51,969 nucleotides of DNA from Promethearchaeia archaeon (GTDB lineage: Archaea > Asgardarchaeota > Lokiarchaeia > Sigyniarchaeales > SOKP01): contig JAHQWL010000027.1 in NCBI GenBank assembly GCA_029856155.1, positions 1 to 51,969 of the forward strand, written 5' to 3'. The position numbers and the translations under genes are program-made. Under the pieces are notes generated by a model that worked only from the letters and a program-made list of their open reading frames with translations, was not told the DNA's origin and did not search any database. Positions 8,592 through 18,501 of this stretch are shown piece after piece (within the stretch, counting starts at the first letter, position 1; each line of letters begins with the position of its first letter).

Positions 8592-10664
8592 GTGAAAAAC
8601 ATGAAAAATTTAAATACAAAAACGATAATGGTCATTACAATTGTCCTTACTTCAGTTTTCGCAATGCCTATGGTAGCTATGGGACAGGAAAAAGATTATG
8701 ATGACGCTTTTAATTTCAACCAACTTGATGTAGGTATTTTCCAAGGTTTTTTGGGGGGTTTTGGGGGAATATTTAGCAATAACTTAGGTTATGCAGGGGG
8801 TATCCTTGGAACTATTTTTGAAACTTTATTGCAGCAAGGATTAGATCTTGATTCTTATCAGATATTAGATAATGTGTATGTTTTAAATGCAACTACGACT
8901 AGCACAATATCAGATGAGAAAACATTTACACCTGAAAATAATAAAGAATATTATCTTCTTCCTAATGAGTATGAAGTTCCAGAAGATCAAGGATTTGCAT
9001 ATTGTGAAATTACGAAATCTGGAAGCTATGTATACGATCTAGAAGTAGGCGCAGCAGTAACCCTTATTATATGGGATAGCGACAAATCTTTTATTAATGC
9101 TATAACTAGATTACTCGGTGTTGTCAGAAGGATTATAGGACTACAATCTTTGGGAAGACAAATAACTCTAGATCTTATTCGGGAAGGAATTAGCGCAATT
9201 ACATGGTTTTTAATTCATATAAATGATATATTCACTGGAGACGAATTATTTGTACTAAATCCTATCACATGGCAGAAATTAAACATCACTCCATTAATTA
9301 CTTATGATATTGATAAAGATTGGTACTATTCTGGTCCTGATTATAAAATCGGTGGTGAAGATGATTCTCGTGTAAATACCACAGTAAGAGCAGATTGGAA
9401 CAGTACCGCCCTAACAAGACAAGATAGTTACATGCAATGGTTATTGAGACCAACCGCACCAGGAGACTTAGCCGAAACTATTTGGACTCAATTTTCTTTT
9501 GATTTAATCCAGCTATGGATGAAAAATTTCGAACTCCATATTGATGTAGCTGAGATTCTTAATGCTGCAACAGGCGCTTCAGGATCTCCAGAACAAGCAA
9601 TTGCTAGTGCCTTTGGTGGATGTGATATTGAGTTCTATTTATTTACACATCATCTAGCGGGGGCTTTCTTGTACGATGATGCAAACGCAGATGAGCAAAT
9701 TTCTGCTAACTATGTAAATGTGACCAATAATCTCGGTGAAACAGTATTGGATGCCGCAGGTGATCCTATCCAAATCCCTGATCATTCTGAACTCACTCAT
9801 GGAATAATTTTAGGCACTGTTGGGAATTTTGATTTTAATACGCCTAAACCTAATGTAGGAGAAAAAAGCATTTCCTGGGGTATAACATTAAATAATGTTA
9901 ATGTATCGGCTGTACCCATGTTTGTTGATTTAGACTCATATTTAAAAGCCCCAGAGGAAGAACTTGCTTCTATTTACTTTGGTTTTACCTTTGAACCAAC
10001 AGTAGATGATGAATTAGGGGTTGCAAAAGGTGTGGTTAAATTAGATCAAGAATTTGCTCCTTGGAACGACGGAAATGGGCCTAACTCTATTATCCTAGGA
10101 TTAGATTTGGCAATTATTTATGTATCAACTGTGTTGCATTTCCATCTAAATGTGGCTTTGGAAGGAGAACCAGATAAACCAGAAGAGATTTTGGATCCAA
10201 CCGAAGATTATTATGCAGAAAGTCATGAAGTAAAAGTAGGAAATTATATTGGCCGACACACAAGCCAAAAGTTAGATTTTGTCGATATTGCAGGGCTCTA
10301 TTATCAACTTGGGACGGATAAATCAACAGCACCTCAATATAATGCAAGTACAAGTATTTTACCGCTTGAGTTATGGAGATGGGAAATGGAGAGACATGAC
10401 ACATTTGAATTAGGAGATGGTACCGAATCACAAACCTTTGCTTCAGATATAAGGATTTCAACAGAATTCAATGTAATGGTATATGCTGTCTGTTATCCTG
10501 AATTTAACGGAACTGGTTTAGGTATTTTCCACGATCCTACCTTCTCAGTTTACATGGTGTTCGAAAGTGAAGGATTCTGGGCTTTAATTGTTTTGATTGC
10601 TGGAGTTGGATTAGTTGGCGTTGCAACCATATTAATCAAGCGAAGAAAGGATCAAAGATTTTAA
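8592..10664 (+). CDS. Secreted, C-terminally anchored acidic cell-surface protein
   Basis: N-terminal signal peptide (..TIMVITIVLTSVFAMPMVAMG), acidic beta-rich body, HDPTF motif, C-terminal TM plus KRRK tail. Confidence 0.75.
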   Translation: MKNMKNLNTKTIMVITIVLTSVFAMPMVAMGQEKDYDDAFNFNQLDVGIFQGFLGGFGGIFSNNLGYAGGILGTIFETLLQQGLDLDSYQILDNVYVLNATTTSTISDEKTFTPENNKEYYLLPNEYEVPEDQGFAYCEITKSGSYVYDLEVGAAVTLIIWDSDKSFINAITRLLGVVRRIIGLQSLGRQITLDLIREGISAITWFLIHINDIFTGDELFVLNPITWQKLNITPLITYDIDKDWYYSGPDYKIGGEDDSRVNTTVRADWNSTALTRQDSYMQWLLRPTAPGDLAETIWTQFSFDLIQLWMKNFELHIDVAEILNAATGASGSPEQAIASAFGGCDIEFYLFTHHLAGAFLYDDANADEQISANYVNVTNNLGETVLDAAGDPIQIPDHSELTHGIILGTVGNFDFNTPKPNVGEKSISWGITLNNVNVSAVPMFVDLDSYLKAPEEELASIYFGFTFEPTVDDELGVAKGVVKLDQEFAPWNDGNGPNSIILGLDLAIIYVSTVLHFHLNVALEGEPDKPEEILDPTEDYYAESHEVKVGNYIGRHTSQKLDFVDIAGLYYQLGTDKSTAPQYNASTSILPLELWRWEMERHDTFELGDGTESQTFASDIRISTEFNVMVYAVCYPEFNGTGLGIFHDPTFSVYMVFESEGFWALIVLIAGVGLVGVATILIKRRKDQRF

Positions 10665-10671
10665 AATTATA

Positions 10672-10699
10672 TCATTTTTTCATTTTTTTTTCTTTTTTT
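10672..10699 (+). terminator. Oligo-T archaeal terminator
   Basis: tcattttttcattttttttt...cttttttt directly after the stop of 8592..10664. Confidence 0.5.
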
Positions 10700-10845
10700 A
10701 AATTTTCTGGAATTTTGTATAGATTGTGACGAATTTTAAATTGAACTATTATTTTTTCATTCATTTGGATGGTAAAAAGTTTTAAATTTTTACAAATGTA
10801 AATGATATAAAGATCAATAATTATTTTAAATTCCGTGAGTAAAAG

Positions 10846-12633
10846 ATGGCATTAAAAATGCAAGAACCCTTTAATGTTAACGAAAATAAACGATGGTTTA
10901 AGAGATGGTGGCCAAAAGGCGTTCCATTTAACACAATTTTTGAAGAGAAAACGCTAAATGAGTTATTGGATGAACAAATTGAAAAATATTCAAAAGAAAA
11001 CTTTATTTGGTTTTTAGATACTTGGATTACCTATAAACAATTTCAAAATTATGTAAAGTCATTTGCTACTGCTTTAGCTAATTTAGGAATTAAAAAGGGT
11101 GATGTTATAGCGTTATTTATGCCTAATTGCCCTCAATATATCGTTGCGTATTATGCCATTACTAGAATTGGTGCAATTGCTAGTGGAATTAATCCTACTT
11201 ATCTACCAATGGAAGTTCTCCATCAATTTGATATAATTAAGCCCAAAATGCTTATTGTTTTAGATGCTTCATATGAATCCTCAATAAAACCAATAATTCA
11301 AGATTCAACAATAGAAATTGTTGTGTATACTAATCTTGCAGATTTAACAGAATTTGGAGGTATAAAAAAAGCTATAGGTAAATTTGTAAAAAAAATTCCT
11401 ACTGGTAAAGTAGATTTCTTAGGTGCACTTAAATATAATGAACTCATAAAAACGAAACCAAGCGTTTCAAAAGTTAATATTGATGTAAAAGAACATCCTG
11501 CAACATATATTATGACTGGGGGAACAACAGGTTTACCAAAAGCAGCAGTATTAACTCATTTTAATGTCGTCTCAAACACTAAGCAATGTAAATTATGGTT
11601 AGGAGGAGAAAGACCAGGAATTGGGAATATCGGTACGCTTCCATTATTCCATAGTTTTGCCCATACTATAGTTATGAATACAACTTTAGCGATAGGAGGT
11701 TGGATAATGCTTTTTCCAACACCTCCTTCTCAAGCTGTACTATGTGAACAAATCGAGAAATTGCCTTGTAAAGAAGGATTAATCTATGCGGGTACTGAAA
11801 TATTATTTAAAAAACTCGCAGAACTTAAAAATCTTAAAAGAAGATTTCCTAGAGTACTGGGAAAGTTGATCTTATGTATTTCAAGCGCGGGTCCATTGCA
11901 CGAACCAGTTCGAGATGCTTTTGTTGAAAATACAGGAGGGCGAATTGTAGAAGGATATGGTCTATCAGAAGCGAGTCCTGCTGTAAGTGCAGGAAATTTG
12001 TTTGGAGAAAGCCCTATTGGAAGTATAGGAATGCCATTTACGGGAACAGAATGGGGGATTTGGGATATTAATAATTTTAAAAAGGATCCAATATGCACAG
12101 GAAATCCTGAAGACACAAATTTTGGTATTGAACATTCCGGTGAAATTTGTATATCTGGACCTCAAGTAATGTCAAAATACCTTGATAAACCTGAAGAAAC
12201 AAGTGAAACAATATTTGAATATAAGGGAAAATTATGGCTTTTAACTGGAGATATAGGGTTTATGAATGAAGATGGAACAATAGAAATTAGAGATAGAAAA
12301 AAACTACTTATTAAATATAAAGGATATTCCGTTTTCCCTAAAGAGGTTGAAGAGTTATTGATGAAACACCCAGATATTATAGAAGTAGCTGTTGCTGGTC
12401 TTCCTGATGAGGAGTATGGAGAAATAATAAAAGCGTGGGTTGCAATCAAAGAGGATTGTAATTGTTCACCTCAGAAAATAAAGGAATGGGCGAAAAAAAA
12501 CATGGCACATTATAAAGTACCACACAAAGTAGCAATTATTGGTGAACTACCGAAAAATTTAATTGGAAAAGTCCAAAGAAGAACATTACAAGAAGCTGAT
12601 CCTATATGGAAAGAGAAATATGGAAACGCTTAA
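10846..12633 (+). CDS. Long-chain fatty acid--CoA ligase (AMP-binding, FadD-like)
   Basis: MTGGTTGLPK, LPLFHSF, EGYGLSEASP, LTGDIG, PKNLIGK. Confidence 0.92.
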   Translation: MALKMQEPFNVNENKRWFKRWWPKGVPFNTIFEEKTLNELLDEQIEKYSKENFIWFLDTWITYKQFQNYVKSFATALANLGIKKGDVIALFMPNCPQYIVAYYAITRIGAIASGINPTYLPMEVLHQFDIIKPKMLIVLDASYESSIKPIIQDSTIEIVVYTNLADLTEFGGIKKAIGKFVKKIPTGKVDFLGALKYNELIKTKPSVSKVNIDVKEHPATYIMTGGTTGLPKAAVLTHFNVVSNTKQCKLWLGGERPGIGNIGTLPLFHSFAHTIVMNTTLAIGGWIMLFPTPPSQAVLCEQIEKLPCKEGLIYAGTEILFKKLAELKNLKRRFPRVLGKLILCISSAGPLHEPVRDAFVENTGGRIVEGYGLSEASPAVSAGNLFGESPIGSIGMPFTGTEWGIWDINNFKKDPICTGNPEDTNFGIEHSGEICISGPQVMSKYLDKPEETSETIFEYKGKLWLLTGDIGFMNEDGTIEIRDRKKLLIKYKGYSVFPKEVEELLMKHPDIIEVAVAGLPDEEYGEIIKAWVAIKEDCNCSPQKIKEWAKKNMAHYKVPHKVAIIGELPKNLIGKVQRRTLQEADPIWKEKYGNA

Positions 12634-12814
12634 TATTTTTTATAGATAATTGTTAAAAGAATTATCCAATTCTATATTTTATTATTCTCTATTTTTAAAT
12701 ACATAAACTTAACTAATTAATTTAAAAAGAATTATATTAAAAAGTAAAAAATATAATGTTTCAATATATTTCAAAATATTACAGTAATTGATAGAAAGAT
12801 AAATAAAGCTAAAT

Positions 12815-12832
12815 ATTCTAGGATAGTAGAAT
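12815..12832. promoter_or_regulatory. Palindromic operator-like site ATTCTA-N6-TAGAAT
   Basis: (t)attctaggatagtagaat(a), upstream of TTTATTAA and the wHTH gene; matches 8503-8520. Confidence 0.55.
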
Positions 12833-12913
12833 ACAAATTTTTATTAAGACATTAAGGATTTTTTAATAATAATACTAGATAATAATTAATACAATTCAAA
12901 GAGTATTTCAATA

Positions 12914-13849
12914 TTGTCTGAAAAAGCAGAAATAGAAAAGTTATTAATAGAAAGCGCGAAATTAGAAGCAACGCAAATTACGGATTCTAAACTTAAGCGT
13001 TTAGATAAGGTTATTCAAGATTTCGCACCAGAAATAGCTTTTTTATATCAAATAAGAGAAGATGAATCAGAAGAACAACAGATAAAGACTGGACGCCTTC
13101 ATGAAAATCGGATCTTAGGGATTCTATTAAAATTTTATTTGGTAGGAAAGAAAAAAATTACAACTGGCGAAGTCGAGGAAGAATATAAACGTTATTTTAA
13201 AGATATTGCTCGTTCTACAATCTCTACTTATTTAAATATGCTAAAAAAGGAGTCTACTTTATATAAAAAACGAGATGGGAGAATTGTATATTATATTTTC
13301 TATGAAGATCCACCAGTAGGAATCAAACCGTTTTGGTTTACTCGAATCTTTTGTATAGTTCCAGCTTATTTTGATAGAGCGATAAACTTTTCTAAGTTAT
13401 ATATTAATGCTGAAAAGTATGTACACCAATACATAAGCGATTATGGCAGTGGAGATAAAGAGATTTTAATTCGAAATTCTAAATTCCTTATAGGGTTAAT
13501 TATAATAAAAATATTTCAATATCGAAGCTCAAAATGCGTACTTTGTCAATTTAGTAAGAGAGAAATTTATAGTAAATTAGAAGAAATAATTGGTGTAGCA
13601 GTTAAAGACAGATCAGACGTATTACCAGAAGAGTTAGTTGAAAATTTGATTGAAAATTTCGCAGAAATACCAATGTTTAACGGGATCAATATTAAAAATG
13701 ATGATTTTGAGAAGAATATCGCTAAGGAAATAGTAAAGTGCGCTGATGTTTACAAAAAAGACCTTGACTTTCAAATTATGGTATCACTTAGAAGAAAGGA
13801 TTTAAGATTAAAGCAGAAATTGACATTAGAAGAACAAAGCAAAGAATGA
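12914..13849 (+). CDS. Winged-helix DNA-binding protein / putative transcription regulator
   Basis: ITTGEVEEEY...IARSTISTYLNMLKKESTL..KRDGRIVYY is an HTH plus wing; a CVLC motif follows. Confidence 0.65.
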   Translation: MSEKAEIEKLLIESAKLEATQITDSKLKRLDKVIQDFAPEIAFLYQIREDESEEQQIKTGRLHENRILGILLKFYLVGKKKITTGEVEEEYKRYFKDIARSTISTYLNMLKKESTLYKKRDGRIVYYIFYEDPPVGIKPFWFTRIFCIVPAYFDRAINFSKLYINAEKYVHQYISDYGSGDKEILIRNSKFLIGLIIIKIFQYRSSKCVLCQFSKREIYSKLEEIIGVAVKDRSDVLPEELVENLIENFAEIPMFNGINIKNDDFEKNIAKEIVKCADVYKKDLDFQIMVSLRRKDLRLKQKLTLEEQSKE

Positions 13850-13937
13850 AAAAAGGAAATTAGGTTTTGAAATACTCTAATTTTATTTAAGAATAAGTAT
13901 AAAATTTTAAATTTAAGGAAATGTCTCACATTTTCTT

Positions 13938-14468
13938 CTAAACCAAATTAGAGTTTTGCATCATTAATCGAGATAGAGCCTCAAATGTTTCTTCTACATT
14001 CTCGCCCGTCTTCGCACTACATTCTATAAACCCATCTACGCTCCTAGATCTAGCAATATTAATGCCCTCATCTCCAGAAACCTCGCGATCATCAATCAGA
14101 TCTGCTTTTCCACCTACTGCTATTATAGGAAATTGTTCTTCAACCCTAAGTTCTCTTCTTATTACCATTAACCAATCATCTATATGTGCCAATGAACTAT
14201 AATTCGTAACATCATACATAAATAGGGCTCCATTAGCTCCTCTTACATAGGTAGGTAATAAAAATCGAAATCGTTCTTCGCCGCCAAAATCCCAAATTTG
14301 GAGTTTAATCTTTTTTCCATTGATTTCTAGGCTTTTAACTTCAAAATCTACTCCTATAGTCATCTTTGAATCGGATTTAAACAAATTGGTTAAAAATCTT
14401 TGAGTTAAAGTAGTTTTACCACAACCGGCATCTCCAAAAATTACGATTTTATATGTTGCATCATACAT
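13938..14468 (-). CDS. Rab-like small GTPase
   Basis: GDAGCGKT, TIGVDF, KLQIWDFGGEE, YVRGA, GGKAD, CSAK. Confidence 0.95.
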   Translation of the reverse strand: MYDATYKIVIFGDAGCGKTTLTQRFLTNLFKSDSKMTIGVDFEVKSLEINGKKIKLQIWDFGGEERFRFLLPTYVRGANGALFMYDVTNYSSLAHIDDWLMVIRRELRVEEQFPIIAVGGKADLIDDREVSGDEGINIARSRSVDGFIECSAKTGENVEETFEALSRLMMQNSNLV

Positions 14469-14754
14469 TAGCTAAAATACCTCAATTTACTGAAATGTTT
14501 TATAATTGGATATGCCTTTTTGTAATTTTGTTATATTAAAACTGATTCCTTGTTTTTTTGATTTAATCACTATTAAGATTTCTATATTAAATATCTTTTT
14601 TTTATTATTTAAAATAATTTGAAGTGATATATTAAAAAGATTATAATATTAGTTTAAAATTTTATGTCATTATAATTTATAGATTTGTCATTTAAAATAA
14701 TGTATTTATCCATGATTAATATCTTTATTCTTATTTGATTAATTTACATCTATC

Positions 14755-16059
14755 ATGGTAAGAAAACTAGAATGGTCAAAATATTTTAAAATTGAATCGC
14801 ATAAGATTGATGCTTTTATTAACCATTTTGGAGCAAAAAAAACTTATGCAATGGGATTAATGCCTATAAGAGGACCAAAAGGTTTTAGAAAGTTAGACTA
14901 TGAATTCGTAGAAAAGGATTTAAATGTCGCTGAAATCATGAATAAACTTGAAAGGGCACATTTTAATACTCTTGGAATTGTAATTAAAGATACAGATGGA
15001 GCTTGTACTTGGGATACAAATGTGGGCTGGAACCCAACAGATCGAGACATCTTGGGAGAATTTTGTGATGCTGGAAAGGAAAGTGACATTAAAATAAATG
15101 TGTCATTCACAAGTATGAATGATGCCTACCAAGGGTATTTACACCCAGAAAGAGTAAGTGTTCATGGAAAAAGTGGAGAAAAGCATGGGATTAAATACAA
15201 AGAGGGGGAAATTTCGACACATATTGAAGGTGAAATGAGAATTGATTTACCTGAAGGGATTTCTTTTAAGGATTATCAGAAAAAAATACCTTTTTTAACC
15301 GAACAAATTGATGAAAAAGCTGGTAAATCTCGAGATACACGAAGTAAAGGATATATTCCTTTAACAAGCTTTATGTGTCCTAATAGTGAGCATCAAAACT
15401 ACTTATTAGCCCTTGCTGAAGAAGTTGTAAAAGATTATTCCATTAAGGGTTTCTTTGCTGATTATATTAGATATGACGGAGCATTTACAGATTTGTGCAC
15501 TTGTCACCGTTGTATACAAAAATTCAGAGATAAATATGGAAATAAACCAAAATTGTTAAAGAGTAATGATTGGTATGATTTTAAGGCTGATACTATAGCA
15601 CATTACGCTCAAAAGCTCCATAATACTATAAAATCGATAAATAAAAATTGTGTTTCTGGCTGGTTCTGTCTTCCAGGACCTAAAAAACTATTCTCAAGAA
15701 AAAGATTGGGACAAGATTGGACTAAATTATCTTCAATTCTGGATATTGTTTCACCTATGGAATATCCTTATTTGATGGGCACAAGAGATGATGGGTGGTA
15801 TTGGGGTAAGGTTGCTGATTTATTCTATTGGTATTTTATTAGAAACATGAAAAAAAGAGCTAAGGAGTTCAAAGCTCCAGTTCTGTCTGTCACAAATTCG
15901 GTAGAGTGTAATGTTAAAGAAATGCTAAAACAAATGAGAGGTTTTGATTTTGGGTTAGGAATTGCGGTATTTAAATACTACGGGACTTCAGACCAACAAT
16001 GGGAAGCTTTAAGGAAATATGCTGAAGAAGAGATTGGATTAGAAAATTTGAAGTTTTGA
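14755..16059 (+). CDS. Glycoside hydrolase-like TIM-barrel protein (GHL10/GHL6-like)
   Basis: F.CPNS, GFFADYIRYD, CTCHRC..KF, GQDW, SPMEY. Confidence 0.65.
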   Translation: MVRKLEWSKYFKIESHKIDAFINHFGAKKTYAMGLMPIRGPKGFRKLDYEFVEKDLNVAEIMNKLERAHFNTLGIVIKDTDGACTWDTNVGWNPTDRDILGEFCDAGKESDIKINVSFTSMNDAYQGYLHPERVSVHGKSGEKHGIKYKEGEISTHIEGEMRIDLPEGISFKDYQKKIPFLTEQIDEKAGKSRDTRSKGYIPLTSFMCPNSEHQNYLLALAEEVVKDYSIKGFFADYIRYDGAFTDLCTCHRCIQKFRDKYGNKPKLLKSNDWYDFKADTIAHYAQKLHNTIKSINKNCVSGWFCLPGPKKLFSRKRLGQDWTKLSSILDIVSPMEYPYLMGTRDDGWYWGKVADLFYWYFIRNMKKRAKEFKAPVLSVTNSVECNVKEMLKQMRGFDFGLGIAVFKYYGTSDQQWEALRKYAEEEIGLENLKF

Positions 16060-16071
16060 CAATGGTATTGA

Positions 16072-16455
16072 TTATTTATCCTTGATTGAGACATTTACAG
16101 CCGCATTACATACAATAATCTTATCTGAAGTATCTCCTAATTCTTTAATCATAATTCCTTGTGCTATTAATCCTCCTTTTACAACTTCTAAAGTTTTTTC
16201 GCCGAAAGGTATTGCTTTTAAAATTTTGTTCTCAGTAATATTTTCTGGGTATGGTGCTCCAATTTTTACATGAACCTTCATTCTTGATAAATCATTTGGT
16301 TTTTTTAGGCCACATATCTCACTTAAACCAATTAAACAATTATTAGAAATTGCGTTTTTAATTGCTTTTATAGAAGCATTGGTGCAATCATTATTATGCC
16401 CATGCTGGTCAATTCCCATGCCTATTTGATTTATAAAACTCTTTTCTTTATTCAT
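16072..16455 (-). CDS. Lin0512-family protein
   Basis: GMGIDQHG, KAIKNAI, IPFG..VVKGGL, AAV.V. Confidence 0.85.
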   Translation of the reverse strand: MNKEKSFINQIGMGIDQHGHNNDCTNASIKAIKNAISNNCLIGLSEICGLKKPNDLSRMKVHVKIGAPYPENITENKILKAIPFGEKTLEVVKGGLIAQGIMIKELGDTSDKIIVCNAAVNVSIKDK

Positions 16456-16553
16456 TCTTGCATCAATTCTAAGAGATAATTAAAAATTAAACTATTATAA
16501 AGTATTAAAGATCAAATATTATTAATAAAAATACAATGAAAAATTAAAAGAAA

Positions 16554-17237
16554 TTGGTTAAGATTATGAATCTAAAATTACCAAATAAGAGGGTGTATCT
16601 TCTCGCCTTTTCAGGGATTATTTTTTACATTGTACTTATTGCTATAGCCATGTTTACTTATCCTGGTGGTATAAGGGATAACACATCAATCGTTGGATAT
16701 TCATTTTGGGGGAATACTTTCAGTGATTTAGGAAGGGTAACAGCTTGGAATGGTGAACCTAATCCAATCTCCATGATATTCTTTTCATTCGCTTATGGTA
16801 TACATGCCATTACCATGATTTTATTTTATCTGGTGATTATGGATATATTTAAAGGATCAAAATTAGAAAGTAAAACTAGCAAAATCGGCTCTTATTTTGG
16901 GGTGTTATCTTCAATAGCTATAATTGGAATTATATTTACGCCTGCTGATATTTTTTATGTACATCATTGGATCTTTGTTTATATTGGATATCCATCTCTC
17001 TTTCTAATGGGAATTTCATATTCGATAACATTATTCTTAAGTGACAAATTTTCTAAGAATTTAGGATGTATTTTTACTATGTTTTTTTTTATATTCTTTG
17101 TAACTCTATTAGTAGGGTTAATCGGAGTATCTGCTAGTCGTAGTATAATGGTAATAGGACAAAAAATTATGAGGATTGCTTTGCTAATCGATTTAAGCAT
17201 TTTAATCTATGGAGTCTGGAAATTAGAAGAAAAATAA
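16554..17237 (+). CDS. Membrane protein (DUF998-like)
   Basis: YPGG..GYSFW.NTFSDLG followed by ~5 TM helices with H and QK motifs. Confidence 0.65.
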   Translation: MVKIMNLKLPNKRVYLLAFSGIIFYIVLIAIAMFTYPGGIRDNTSIVGYSFWGNTFSDLGRVTAWNGEPNPISMIFFSFAYGIHAITMILFYLVIMDIFKGSKLESKTSKIGSYFGVLSSIAIIGIIFTPADIFYVHHWIFVYIGYPSLFLMGISYSITLFLSDKFSKNLGCIFTMFFFIFFVTLLVGLIGVSASRSIMVIGQKIMRIALLIDLSILIYGVWKLEEK

Positions 17238-17333
17238 TAAAGAATCTTAAAAATTAAATTATTTTACTTATTTTTTACTTTAGTTTACATTAATTATACA
17301 CATCAATTAATAGTATAAAGGTGCAATAAGAAA

Positions 17334-18449
17334 ATGATCAAAGAAAAAGAGAATCCTTATAAAATAGATAATACGCTTTACAAGCGTTTTAAGGAGAAAA
17401 ATAATATGTTATTTAGAAGCCTATGGGACAATACTTTACCAACTTATCAAAAAATGATCGATACAAATATTGAGAAACATATTAATTCAAAGAAAGATGG
17501 TTATTCAAGATTAGATTTCGCTCTAGTAGCGGCGGGTTGGACTGTGTATGAAAGATTTCCTTATGCTTTCGCATGGGAAAGAAAAGATTTAAAGGATATT
17601 GGTTACGGTGTAAATTGGATGAAACTTAAATATAAGATTGAAAATCCAGAAAGCTTCACGAAAACTATAAAAAAAGCAGCAAAATTCTATGGAGCATCTT
17701 TAGTGGGTATTGCAGACGTTAATGAAAAATGGATTTACAAGACAGGATTTGTAAGACCTGAACATACTAGTGAGGCTGAAGCAAAAAAAGAGGTTCGTGA
17801 AGGAAAAGCTACAGATTCGATATACAATAACCCTATAGAATTACCAGAGGGAATAAATAAAGTGATAGTAATGGGGGTTGAAATGAATGAAGATGCAATC
17901 TCAACAGCCCCAACTCAACCAGCAGCTGCAGCTTCTGCAATTGCATATTCAAAAATGGCATTTATTATCTCATGTTTAGGTGAATTTATTAGAAATTTAG
18001 GGTATAGAGCTATTCAATGTGGTAATGATACTGCCCTTAGTATACCATTAGCTATTGATGCTGGACTTGGCGCTTTAGGTAGAAATGGGTTACTACTTAC
18101 TCCTGAATTTGGTCCAAGAGTGCGTATATGTAAGGTCTTTACAGATTTACCATTAATTTCGGATATGCCAAACCACGGATTTATTGAAAAAATTAAAAAT
18201 TACTGTAAGAACTGTTTTAAATGTGCTGAAGCCTGTGAAACTAATGCGATTACAAAAGATAAGAATCCTACGTTTATTGCACCAACAATATCTAATAATC
18301 GTGGAGTTAAAAAATATTATGTTGATGTAGAAAAATGTTTTGAATTTTGGGTTGAAAATTCTAGTGATTGTGGAAATTGTATTATGGTATGTCCTTTTTC
18401 TAAAATTAAAGAATTTCTATCCCCCTTAGAATTTTGGAACAAAACTTAA
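17334..18449 (+). CDS. Reductive dehalogenase-like cobalamin/2x[4Fe-4S] protein (RdhA/QueG superfamily)
   Basis: AKFYGASLVGIA, LGYRA, SIPLAIDAGLGALGRNG..TPEFGPRVR, CKNCFKCAEAC, C..FW..CGNCIMVCP. Confidence 0.85.
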   Translation: MIKEKENPYKIDNTLYKRFKEKNNMLFRSLWDNTLPTYQKMIDTNIEKHINSKKDGYSRLDFALVAAGWTVYERFPYAFAWERKDLKDIGYGVNWMKLKYKIENPESFTKTIKKAAKFYGASLVGIADVNEKWIYKTGFVRPEHTSEAEAKKEVREGKATDSIYNNPIELPEGINKVIVMGVEMNEDAISTAPTQPAAAASAIAYSKMAFIISCLGEFIRNLGYRAIQCGNDTALSIPLAIDAGLGALGRNGLLLTPEFGPRVRICKVFTDLPLISDMPNHGFIEKIKNYCKNCFKCAEACETNAITKDKNPTFIAPTISNNRGVKKYYVDVEKCFEFWVENSSDCGNCIMVCPFSKIKEFLSPLEFWNKT

Positions 18450-18501
18450 ACATCACATTAAATTATTAGAAATTCAAGTGTAGTTCATATAATTTAAAAA
18501 G

